The position numbers and the translations under genes were made by a program. Below the pieces are notes generated by a model. That model did not search any database. It worked only from the letters and a program-made list of their open reading frames with translations, and had not been told where the DNA came from. Positions 9,314 to 17,795 of a stretch of 32,000 nt of DNA are shown here, in pieces. Every line of letters begins with the position of its first letter. The first letter of the stretch is position 1. This DNA comes from Edaphobacter aggregans (GTDB lineage: Bacteria > Acidobacteriota > Terriglobia > Terriglobales > Acidobacteriaceae), in the NCBI RefSeq assembly GCF_003945235.1, contig NZ_RSDW01000001.1, positions 5,910,001-5,942,000 on the forward strand. The letters are read 5' to 3'.

Positions 9314-11176
9314 TTATTCGGCTTTTCCTACACCATTGTTCTTGTAGGCCTTCTGGAGTACGGAGAAGGCCTGCTTCTTTTCGCCCTTTTCAGAGACCAG
9401 CCCCTTGCGGTTGAAGCCGTCCTGAATTTCGGGAAGGACGCGTCGTGGAGAGCGGAAGTCCATGAGGATCCAGGGGCTCATACCACGCAGCTGCGGGATG
9501 TTGTTGAGCATGATCAGCTGCTGGGTGAAGACGTTGGCCTGGAATTCTTCGGTCCAGCGCTTGTCGGCCGGGCCATGAAGGCCGAATTTAGCATCGGCTC
9601 CGAACTCGCTGATGATGAGCGGTTTCTGGTAGTCGATCTGCCATTTGGTCTGGGCGATATCGGATGGTTCGTGCTCGTACCAGCCGACATACTCGTTCGC
9701 GCCGATGACGTCGAGTGCTTTGCCAAGGGGATCGTCGACGATCTTGGTCATGCCGTTGGTGCGGACGAGAAGAGCAGCGGTGATGAGGCGCGTGGGATCG
9801 TATTCGCGGGCATCATTTGCGAGCGTGGTGAGGAACTTGGTGCGCTCGGGATTGTTCGGCGTCTCGTTGGCGACAGACCAGAGGATGACGGAGGCCTTGT
9901 TACGGTCGCGCCGAATCATCTCGTGAAGTTGGCTCTGCGCCAGGGCGAGGGTGTTCGGGTCGCCGAAATGACAGGCCCAGTAGACGGGGATCTCCGACCA
10001 GATGAGGACGCCGAGACGGTCGGCGGTGCGGGTCATGCGCTGATCGTGCGGGTAATGGGCAAGACGGGCATAGTTGCCGCCTAGCTCCTTGACCCAGCCG
10101 AGGAGGGTGTCGGCGTCTTCCTGGGTGTAAGCGCGGCCAGTACGAATGGGCGCTTCGGCGTGAATGCTGACGCCGTGAAGAAAAATGGGTTTGCCGTTGA
10201 GCAGAATCTGCGTGCCGCGAACTTCTACTGTGCGGAAGCCCATCTCGTCATCGAGAGTGTCTTCGCCTGTCTTCAGCTGGACCTTGTATAGGCGCGGATG
10301 ATCGGGCGACCAGAGCTCAAGGCCTCCGGGGTATAGCTGGATGGCAGCGCGTCCGTTGGCATCGACGGTGGCTTCGACTGTGGTCGGCGTGGGGGTTGCG
10401 ATGGAGACGCTAACTTTGTCTCCCGCGCTGGCGCCGATGACGTGAACGTAGCCGTCTATCTGATTCGTGGTGCCGCGGACGAGATGAAGATCGTAATCGT
10501 CGATGAAGCGGGTGGGGACTTCAACGAGTGCGACGTCGCGCGTGAGACCGCCGTAGTTGAACCAGTCCGTCTGAAGAGTGGGAACGCCTTCGGCGAGACG
10601 GGTCGCGTCTACAGCGATGACGACGAAGTTATCGCCGTCGTGGAGCAGGTCAGTGGCGTCGCAGTCATATGGAGTGAAGCCGCCCTCATGCTGGCAGGCG
10701 AATTTGCCATTGACCCAGACGAAGCTGCGGTAGTTGGCAGCGCCGACGTGGAAGAAGGTCCGCTGGTTCGCCTTCTTCTGGTAGGTGAAGTCGCGCTGAT
10801 ACCAGAGGGGGCCTTCATAGAAATGGAGCAACTCGCGCTGGGTGTTCCAGTCGCCAGGAACCTTGAGGGTGGGAGACTTGCTGAAATCGTACTCGGTGTT
10901 GTCTTTGTGCTCGTTGAGGAAGTAGCCGTCTTTGCGAAGCTCGTTGTGGAAGGTGTAGAGACCGGAGCCGTAGGGATCGATGATGGTGTGCCAGTCGCCG
11001 TCGAGACTGATTTGCTTGCGGTGATCGACGTTCACGAGGAGAGTCTTGTAGGTCCCTTCGTCGAGCTTTGTCTGGGCGATAGCGCGATGCTGAGCGGGTC
11101 CGATGAGGGTGGTGAGAGCGGCGACAGAAAAGAGTGTGGAGTGAAAGAGCTTTTGAGCGTGATTAGCAATGTGCAT
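9314..11176 (-). CDS. Secreted glycoside hydrolase family 2, beta-glucuronidase-like
   Basis: GH2 blocks align with E. coli GUS: CQHEGGFTPYDCDATD, DWFNYGGLTRDV, ARLAHYPHD, ILWSVANETP (acid/base Glu) and LIISEFGADA (nucleophile Glu). Starting at ATG 11176 gives a Sec signal, with AGAGGAA upstream. Confidence 0.9.
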   Translation of the reverse strand: MHIANHAQKLFHSTLFSVAALTTLIGPAQHRAIAQTKLDEGTYKTLLVNVDHRKQISLDGDWHTIIDPYGSGLYTFHNELRKDGYFLNEHKDNTEYDFSKSPTLKVPGDWNTQRELLHFYEGPLWYQRDFTYQKKANQRTFFHVGAANYRSFVWVNGKFACQHEGGFTPYDCDATDLLHDGDNFVVIAVDATRLAEGVPTLQTDWFNYGGLTRDVALVEVPTRFIDDYDLHLVRGTTNQIDGYVHVIGASAGDKVSVSIATPTPTTVEATVDANGRAAIQLYPGGLELWSPDHPRLYKVQLKTGEDTLDDEMGFRTVEVRGTQILLNGKPIFLHGVSIHAEAPIRTGRAYTQEDADTLLGWVKELGGNYARLAHYPHDQRMTRTADRLGVLIWSEIPVYWACHFGDPNTLALAQSQLHEMIRRDRNKASVILWSVANETPNNPERTKFLTTLANDAREYDPTRLITAALLVRTNGMTKIVDDPLGKALDVIGANEYVGWYEHEPSDIAQTKWQIDYQKPLIISEFGADAKFGLHGPADKRWTEEFQANVFTQQLIMLNNIPQLRGMSPWILMDFRSPRRVLPEIQDGFNRKGLVSEKGEKKQAFSVLQKAYKNNGVGKAE

Positions 11177-11209
11177 CGAGTTCCTCTGATGTCCCTGTGG
11201 ACATGTCCC

Positions 11210-11226
11210 TTTTATTGTCAATAAAA
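11210..11226. promoter_or_regulatory. Perfect 17-bp AT-rich palindrome; candidate operator upstream of the GH2 gene
   Basis: TTTTATTG-T-CAATAAAA lies 34-50 nt upstream of the GH2 ATG and contains TTGACA on the gene strand. A second perfect palindrome, GGACATGTCC (11199-11208), is adjacent. The function is inferred only. Confidence 0.3.
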
Positions 11227-11265
11227 ATGGCCCACTGTGCGCACCAATTTGTTGTTACATGAAAT

Positions 11266-12294
11266 TTATTGTTGGCGCGGAGGCAGGGACGCTCGAATGA
11301 GCTGGGAGAAATCCGGAGAATCTCCGGCAGCTAACGCGGCATCGTTGATACGCGAACGCCGGCGGAGTTCATTAAACGGCAGTGTCGTGTCCAGGAAACC
11401 ATGGTCGTAGAGATACCTGTCGGACCAACCATTGAGGAGATAACGGATATCCAATCGATTCGGTTTGCCGACAAGCCTCGCATAACGAACGATGTTGAGC
11501 GTGCAGTTGCTGACCAGCAGGTTATAAAATTCTGGCCTTTTGTAGAGTTCGTTGATCCGGTCAAGGTAGACAAGGAAAAGAGCTTGCGAACTTGCAGGAG
11601 GAACGTTGAGGGGATAAAAAAATACATCTTCGTTTCGGAAATTGGTGCGCACCCGTATGACATCGCGTTCATCGGCTACAACGTAGATCAATTCGAATGT
11701 CCTGAACATGGAGGGAAGGGGCGAGAAGCCTCCACCCATCTCGGGACGCGCTTCGATGGAGATGCTGAGAGGAGGCGCGTTATCGAAATTAAAACTCAGG
11801 AAGGTATGGGCTACAGGTCCAGGCATCCAGTAAGAGATGATGAAGTCCACCGAGGTCAGATGTGAGACCAGCACCTCGCGATCTTCGTATCGCACCGTGA
11901 AGTCATCTCTGCTGCGGTATTCAAAATCGCGGACGTCGGTGATTCGCACACGGTCTCCGTCGATGGTCACCCGGGGCATCACCGCGACATCGGTTCGCCA
12001 GTTACGATCATGCGTGGGTCGGAGTGAAAGGAACCATATCAGCACGAAGAGAGCCAGTCCCGCGTACACCAGATACATACGAGGTCTGCGGGCGCGCCAA
12101 AAGACCCAGCCGCTGAACACCATAAAAGCCAGCGCCAGTATCATTCGCAGCCAGAACCCTGGAAGTCTGGAGTAATAAATCGCCAGGGTTGGCCATGCGA
12201 TGAGTACCAATTGGCATAGAAATATCAGCCCCTTCAAGAGTCCACGGAGCAATTTTGAGAACCAGAAAGCCAGGGAATTGGGTCGCGGTTCCAT
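11266..12294 (-). CDS. DUF4105 (Lnb N-terminal periplasmic domain-like) membrane protein
   Basis: 342 aa. Three N-terminal hydrophobic helices are followed by RPTHDRNWRTDVAVMPRVTIDGDRVRITDVRDFEYRS...LTSVDFIISYW, which matches the DUF4105 pattern as I recall it. Confidence 0.7.
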   Translation of the reverse strand: MEPRPNSLAFWFSKLLRGLLKGLIFLCQLVLIAWPTLAIYYSRLPGFWLRMILALAFMVFSGWVFWRARRPRMYLVYAGLALFVLIWFLSLRPTHDRNWRTDVAVMPRVTIDGDRVRITDVRDFEYRSRDDFTVRYEDREVLVSHLTSVDFIISYWMPGPVAHTFLSFNFDNAPPLSISIEARPEMGGGFSPLPSMFRTFELIYVVADERDVIRVRTNFRNEDVFFYPLNVPPASSQALFLVYLDRINELYKRPEFYNLLVSNCTLNIVRYARLVGKPNRLDIRYLLNGWSDRYLYDHGFLDTTLPFNELRRRSRINDAALAAGDSPDFSQLIRASLPPRQQ

Positions 12295-12719
12295 AGAGAT
12301 CTCTCTTCCGTAACCTTGGTCCTCACTTTGAGTGAGAGCGGCGCTGAAATGGTGGGATCCCGGAATTGCGCGATGCTACTGAGAGATGAGCCTGAAAAGT
12401 GTCCGACGGCTAACTGCTGGAATTTGGAGGTGCGGGTCAGGATCAAACCCGCTCGCACTATCGACTGCAAGGCAAGTTATTGATTCTAAAGCATCATGTA
12501 GCAAACCAAAATTACATGAATTACAGGGGCCTAGCACAAATTAGCAGAAAAAGCCTGAGAAAGAGACTCGCGGCTTTACGCGAAGAAGCGTTCGTGGACG
12601 CGCCTCCAGAAGCCGTCATCAGCATACTATGGGCGCCGGGACACATCGATCTTTTTATGCCGTTTTCGTCAATCCGACGAATACACGGAAACCTAAGAAG
12701 TACACCGAAAAGCTGACCG

Positions 12720-13048
12720 ACCGAGAAGCGTTTCATCGCCTACCTGGTTGGCCAAGGCCGGCCGCGAAGTGAGTATCCGGTTGGTGTTTGGCGCTGCGCC
12801 GGCGAACATCATGACACTTATCGTTCGCGGCGGAAGGACCTGGCTTTCTGGGGAGTCTGTATCGGCATCGGGGGTGCGCTGGTAGTCAGCCGCCTGATGC
12901 GCTCACTGCTTTTCGATGTAGGAGTCACCGATGCTGTAATGTTTTCTCTGTTCCCACTCTTCTAGTTTGTATTGCTTTCTTTGCAAGCTACATTCCAGCG
13001 CGACGCGCTTCGCGCATTGATCCCAGCACTTCGTTACGATGCGAATAG
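12720..13048 (+). pseudogene. 5'-truncated, frameshifted C-terminal remnant of an ADOP/MacB-type FtsX permease
   Basis: Homology is split over three frames: FIAYLVGQGRPR / EVSIRLVFGAAPANIMTLIVRGG / LAFWGVCIGIGGALVVSRLMRSLLFDVGVTD / ASYIPARRASRIDPSTSLRCE-stop. This corresponds to the canonical permease tail (...QRTREIGIRMALGA...SLLFGVSPTD...YIPARRA.RIDP..ALR.E). Nothing upstream corresponds to the N-terminal part of such a protein. Confidence 0.75.
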
Positions 13049-13125
13049 GAGAACGCGGCTGACGGAGTGGCCTTCACAAGATATCGGGCGCTATCCTCTT
13101 CGGTCCGCCACCCTGCGAACCAGGG

Positions 13126-14688
13126 TCAATGCCCGGGTGCAGCGCAGGTAAAGCTGGCCGAGTCATTCGGATCACCGTTGCCGTTGTATTTCGCAACCTG
13201 AGGATACGGGCATATCGGCCGCGTCATCTCCACTTTCCTGGCAGGGCCGTATTTGGTCGCGATGATCGAGCCCGGCGCAGTGCCCAGCTCTTCCCATTTT
13301 TCGAGCGCGTCGAAGACGCCGTACTCTGGCCCCTTCGCTGTGGTCAAACCAAGTTGTCCAAAAGTCGCTGCCCCTGTCCCCCCGGCGCAATGGCCCATTC
13401 CAGGAACCATGTACAGGCGTATGAACTCTGCTGTCTTCTTGTCGCCCATCTTCATCTGCACCTGCTCATAGTATTGGATGGTGTTCAGAGGCGAGATCGC
13501 CGGATCGTTCCAGCCGTGATACAAGATCAGCTTGCCGCCGCGCGCTACGAAACGGCTAAGATCGGGATCGGTCGCGTCCAGTGCCTGCGCGGTCTTTGTA
13601 TCGGCTGCATGTACAGCCGCATCCGTGTTGGCGGTCAAAGCGTTCCAGCTCGGATCGTCAAACACCATGTAGCGGAAGTAGTTCTGCGTATATAGGCTCA
13701 CGTTGGGTCCGTCGCCTACGAGCCAGTTCTTCCATAGATGCACCTCGTCCCCAGGCATCAGGCCAGGAAATATCATGTGCCCCTCATCATCGGTTCCGCC
13801 GGCGTAAATCTTCTTGAGAGAGGCTATCTGAGGCGCGGTCAGGCAACTCAACTCGTCGCCCAGTTTGCACAACAGGGTTGCGGGATCAAAATGGCAGGTC
13901 CGCGGATCGTTAAGGATGCCGTCTTTCAACCCGTCCTGCGCATCGCACTGAGCCAGTACCGCTGCAGTAATTGCAGGGAGCTTGATGCTTGGGATATATC
14001 CCTCCGGGTTACCTATGAAGACCTTCGTCACATCCACCGTGGCTGCGATCAACTTTGTCCAGTTGTTGGCGGGTGCGCCGGCCAGAATCCCGTCGTAGTC
14101 GGCAGGGAACCGCTGCGCCTCCATCAGCGCTTCACGGCCACCGTCGGAGCAAGCGTCGAAATACGACTTCGTCGGAGGTTCGCCGTAGAACGTGTTGATG
14201 ATGGTTTTGGCACGCTCGGCGGTGAGGTGGACCGCCCGATAGCCGAAGTCCGTAATCTTCTCAGGATGCTGATAGGCCCAGCTCGCGTCTTGCGCGTCTG
14301 CCTGATGGCCAGCGTCAGTACCAGCCGTCGCGAAGCCGCGCTGGAGGCTGTTTCCGAGTTGGCCATAGTAGATAGAGCCCGCAAACCCTCCGTTGCCGAC
14401 TCCGAGAAAGCGATGGTTCCAACCTTTCTCCGGCATCCAGACCTCAAACCGAATGACGGAATCCGAGGTCGGATGAAGAACTCCGCTCACACGGCAAAAT
14501 GAGGGTAATCCCGTCAGGGGTGCGCCATAGGGTGGAGTAAAGCTTCCTCCACTGACCAGCTCGGCTGTCAAAATCTTGGTGTCGGGCCACGCGCTTTGGG
14601 TGAGCGCGTGGCAGTCGGCGACTTCTGCGGGAGCTGAGAAGGCGGCGACGGCGAGAAGGATAGCGAGCAGAAAAAGAAGGTTTCGCAC
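13126..14688 (-). CDS. Secreted tannase/feruloyl esterase family alpha/beta hydrolase
   Basis: 520 aa with a GTG start and a signal peptide. Family blocks: LPSFCRVSGVLHPTSDSVIRFEVWMPEKGWNHRFLGVGNGGFAG, GFATAGTDAGH, and YFDACSDGGREALMEAQRFPADYDGILAGAPA, which contains the nucleophile Ser. Confidence 0.9.
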   Translation of the reverse strand: MRNLLFLLAILLAVAAFSAPAEVADCHALTQSAWPDTKILTAELVSGGSFTPPYGAPLTGLPSFCRVSGVLHPTSDSVIRFEVWMPEKGWNHRFLGVGNGGFAGSIYYGQLGNSLQRGFATAGTDAGHQADAQDASWAYQHPEKITDFGYRAVHLTAERAKTIINTFYGEPPTKSYFDACSDGGREALMEAQRFPADYDGILAGAPANNWTKLIAATVDVTKVFIGNPEGYIPSIKLPAITAAVLAQCDAQDGLKDGILNDPRTCHFDPATLLCKLGDELSCLTAPQIASLKKIYAGGTDDEGHMIFPGLMPGDEVHLWKNWLVGDGPNVSLYTQNYFRYMVFDDPSWNALTANTDAAVHAADTKTAQALDATDPDLSRFVARGGKLILYHGWNDPAISPLNTIQYYEQVQMKMGDKKTAEFIRLYMVPGMGHCAGGTGAATFGQLGLTTAKGPEYGVFDALEKWEELGTAPGSIIATKYGPARKVEMTRPICPYPQVAKYNGNGDPNDSASFTCAAPGH

Positions 14689-14902
14689 CGGTTGCCGAAG
14701 AGTATCATTCTGCCTGCCGCAAGACCAGACTACAAATTCCGCCTAGGTGTAGGGAGTAGTCTCTCACCCAGGAAGAAACCAGGACCGAATATTCGAAGAC
14801 AGGCCCCGGCTGGATCGACAGGCCTGCAGATTAGCAGGGGATTGCGTCCGAGATAATCCTCAAATGTCCGATGAATTGGGTCAAGGAACCTCGATGCGCC
14901 CG

Positions 14903-14935
14903 AAAAGGCTAGCAGCAGTTATCTTGCTGCCAGCC
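14903..14935 (-). terminator. Rho-independent terminator after the CE8-like gene
   Basis: On the minus strand, GGCTGGCAGCA-agataac-TGCTGCTAGCC forms an 11-bp stem with one mismatch, followed by TTTT. It lies 18 nt downstream of the stop codon at 14953. Confidence 0.6.
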
Positions 14936-14952
14936 CTTGGTTTGCTGCGGTA

Positions 14953-17733
14953 TCACGGGAGTTTAGCGCGGATGCTGCCCCCGAACGTGCCTCCTGCATA
15001 AGTCCCAGCAAATTTCTCCACCACCGCGGATCCTGGAACCCCCGCTAATGACGGGAAGATCACAGTGACCGAGTTGGATGCTCCAGGCGCAAGATCCCCG
15101 AGCGATGCTGTGGGAATCGTTCCACTGACAGTGCCGAGGGTTGCCATATTCAACTGCACATTTTGAGCAGTACCGGTGCCGGTGCTCGTTACTGTTACGA
15201 CAGCCTGATAACCACCAGCGACTTCGCTGAGTTGCGAGGTGGTCACGAGTTGGATCGTTGGATGAGAGATCTGGAAAAAGCTATAGGCATTGCTGTTTCC
15301 AGACGGAACGGTTCCGCTCCAGCGTGTGCCGGATCCCCCATAACTGTTCGGACTTACCGTTCCTTGCAGGAACAATGTATCGGAATCAACCGTGTTGTAA
15401 CCGGTGGCTGTAAATGTGTTTCCTATGATCGACAGCGTTATGTAGGTGTTGGGTTTGAACACGCCCGTCAACTCTGAGTTTGTGTCTATGGGTGAGCTCA
15501 CGCCGTTGATGTGCTGATACAACTGGAACATCACTTCGGTAGCCGATTGGGTAGTTCTCCAGAACCGCAACGAATATCCATTGCCTGAACGTGGATCATA
15601 CTTGATGTAAATATCCGCATTTTGAATAGTGTTTCCCGGGGTTGAATCTTCTCCAGTACCAGGACTTCCAAATCCCTGGCCGGCCGTCTTCTCAGGCGTC
15701 ATCACGACGGAGACCTGCTCATCTCCGGCCGGGGTATCTGTCTGATAGAGAAGTGCTGCTCCCTGGGAGGAAGCCCTGAGTCCCCAGTTATTGACGAAAG
15801 TTCCTCCGATAGGCGTCGGTTCCGAAGTCCAGGTACCGAGAACGGTCCAGTACCCGCTGATGTATGCGCTCTCCGGATTGGGTGGAAAGTTCAGGAAATT
15901 GGGGGAGACAGTCGTCGACACGATGTTCAAGATCGAAATGGGTGTCGTCGTGATCGTGGTTGCTGTCGCACCCGGATTACTGATGTCCCACTTCGGTTGA
16001 ATTGTTGCTTCCAGATAATTACCGACGTCTCCTCCTTGGAGCGTGTACACCTGCAGGGGGATATTGCCATTGCTTATTCCCACAATTCGCGGATTACTGC
16101 AGGACGGGTCGGCGCAGCTATACCAGGTAATGATCGACTGGTCTGTCCGGTTCGGCACTGGATTCAAAGTGTAGTTGAGACTAATGGTCCCATTAATGGG
16201 GGCGCCGATTGTGGGCTGCGATGCAAACGTCGGAGGACTTATAAATGGTGGCTGCACAAAGACCCAGGCGGTTATGTAAAAGCCATCGGATGCGGTAGCG
16301 TTGATGGGCACGTACTGGGAAACACCTGTGTTGTTCGTGCCGCTTACGATGACGCTCGAACCCGACGACTGGTTGAGGGTAACGAGGGGGGAGGAGGTTG
16401 ACCAGGTTATGGTACTCGGCGCGCGGGCAGGAAAGACCGTTGCGCTGATTGTAGCTGTACTTTGATTGGTAATGATCGACGGAGAGCCATTGGTGATTCC
16501 CATTCCAAAAGGCAAATTCCCCTGTCCTGCGGCATTCGTGGCCGCGAGCCCTGGAACTGTCTGTCCAGTATAAGAGGCCAAAAAGCCAGCTGGATCCCAG
16601 CTATCCTGCACGCCAGTTGGAGTGGCGCTCAGGATATTTCCCGGAGTAAAAGCTGCCGCCTCTTGCGCGGACAACTCTCTCGATAAATTATGAGTAATTG
16701 GCCCCTGCGAAGCGTCGGCAATTAAGACAGGATTACCGTTGGTGTCGACATTGTTGTACGTAAGTGAATAAAGGTTCTGGTGAGCAGTTGGCGCAAAGCC
16801 GACAATCCACGAAATTGTGTTACCCGCCGTATTTTCAGGGAGTATGCAATTGATAAGAACGGCCGGGAGCGTCGAGCCTTCGGGGTAGGCGCCTCCCGAT
16901 GTTGGGCCCTTGTAGAACTGAAATTGTCCTCCGCTTGGCACGGTAAACGTGGTATTGACGAAGACCGTTCCTGTTACAGTTCCTTCTCCACTTCCTGTGG
17001 GGAAATTGAGCACGGAATTTTCCCAGACGCTTTCAGTTCCACCACCTATGAAGTCGTTTGTGCCTTCGATGTAGACGCTGTTAAAGTAGGCACGCGTGCT
17101 CTGGATAAACGTCGTATCGAGCCTGCTCAGCAGCGCGACGTGATCGAGGATTTCTTTGTCGCCGGAGATTTGGAAGGCCACTGCTTGTGTGATTACAGGC
17201 GATCGCTCCGTTAGATTTAGAGCGGCGTTACCGGGATATTCATAATTAAGATTGCAATAATTGAGGATTGTAAGATTGACCGCGGTAAACCCAGTTGCGT
17301 TGACGATCATGACATATCCGTTATAGGAAGCCGTCGGGCTGCCTGCCCCCTCTTGGTTACCCAGATTGCCTGCGAGCACTACATTACGGTGGTCATTAGT
17401 AAGCCCCAGCAAGGTAATGTAATTTTTCGTGATCATGATGCCAGGCGTGGACACACCGCCATTCAAGTTGTAGACATTGGGTTTAATTCCGATCACTGTC
17501 GGATTGGTGGGCGTTCCTGCCGGAGCGGCTGCATAAGCTGCCTGCAAGGTCGAGTACTGATTGAGAGCAGGATTATCCTGTGCAAGCGAGCCGTCAACAA
17601 GTATGTTGTACGGCATATTAGTGGTATCCAAGGCGGAGAGAGGCGAGGGTCCGTTTGAATCCTGCGCGTACGCCATAGAGCCGACGGCCGCTATGACGAT
17701 GACGAAAAAGCGGAACACTATGCGGTTGAACAT
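14953..17733 (-). CDS. Secreted 926-aa multidomain protein with an N-terminal pectinesterase-like (CE8-like) beta-helix
   Basis: Signal peptide MFNRIVFRFFVIVIAAVGSMAYAQ. CE8-like motifs are present: QAVAFQISGD, LDTTF (in place of QDTLY) and GTNDFIGGG (in place of GTVDFIFG). These are followed by a Big_2-like segment (ITWSTSSPLVTLN...), a possible lectin/glucanase-like region, and the shared C-terminal module. Confidence 0.65.
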   Translation of the reverse strand: MFNRIVFRFFVIVIAAVGSMAYAQDSNGPSPLSALDTTNMPYNILVDGSLAQDNPALNQYSTLQAAYAAAPAGTPTNPTVIGIKPNVYNLNGGVSTPGIMITKNYITLLGLTNDHRNVVLAGNLGNQEGAGSPTASYNGYVMIVNATGFTAVNLTILNYCNLNYEYPGNAALNLTERSPVITQAVAFQISGDKEILDHVALLSRLDTTFIQSTRAYFNSVYIEGTNDFIGGGTESVWENSVLNFPTGSGEGTVTGTVFVNTTFTVPSGGQFQFYKGPTSGGAYPEGSTLPAVLINCILPENTAGNTISWIVGFAPTAHQNLYSLTYNNVDTNGNPVLIADASQGPITHNLSRELSAQEAAAFTPGNILSATPTGVQDSWDPAGFLASYTGQTVPGLAATNAAGQGNLPFGMGITNGSPSIITNQSTATISATVFPARAPSTITWSTSSPLVTLNQSSGSSVIVSGTNNTGVSQYVPINATASDGFYITAWVFVQPPFISPPTFASQPTIGAPINGTISLNYTLNPVPNRTDQSIITWYSCADPSCSNPRIVGISNGNIPLQVYTLQGGDVGNYLEATIQPKWDISNPGATATTITTTPISILNIVSTTVSPNFLNFPPNPESAYISGYWTVLGTWTSEPTPIGGTFVNNWGLRASSQGAALLYQTDTPAGDEQVSVVMTPEKTAGQGFGSPGTGEDSTPGNTIQNADIYIKYDPRSGNGYSLRFWRTTQSATEVMFQLYQHINGVSSPIDTNSELTGVFKPNTYITLSIIGNTFTATGYNTVDSDTLFLQGTVSPNSYGGSGTRWSGTVPSGNSNAYSFFQISHPTIQLVTTSQLSEVAGGYQAVVTVTSTGTGTAQNVQLNMATLGTVSGTIPTASLGDLAPGASNSVTVIFPSLAGVPGSAVVEKFAGTYAGGTFGGSIRAKLP
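14956..15258 (-). repeat. Shared C-terminal module, copy 1 (last 101 aa of the CE8-like protein)
   Basis: TIQLVTTSQLSEVAGGYQAVVTVTSTGTGTAQNVQLNMATLG...VEKFAGTYAGGTFGGSIRAKLP-stop. It aligns end to end with copy 2. A 22-nt run (14975-14996) is identical to 17818-17839. Confidence 0.85.
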
Positions 17734-17795
17734 GGAAATGGACCTTTCAATTGTGATGATGTTGTTGTCTGAAGAAACGAAGCTGGCATCGAACT

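Noticed and set aside
12480-12716. A 78-aa ORF (and the antisense ORF 12521..12736) in the AT-rich spacer. The small ORFs at 26936..27124 and 29376..29603 are similar cases.
   Set aside because: They have non-ATG or weak starts, no SD sequence, no recognisable motifs and atypical composition. I treat them as noncoding or decayed sequence.
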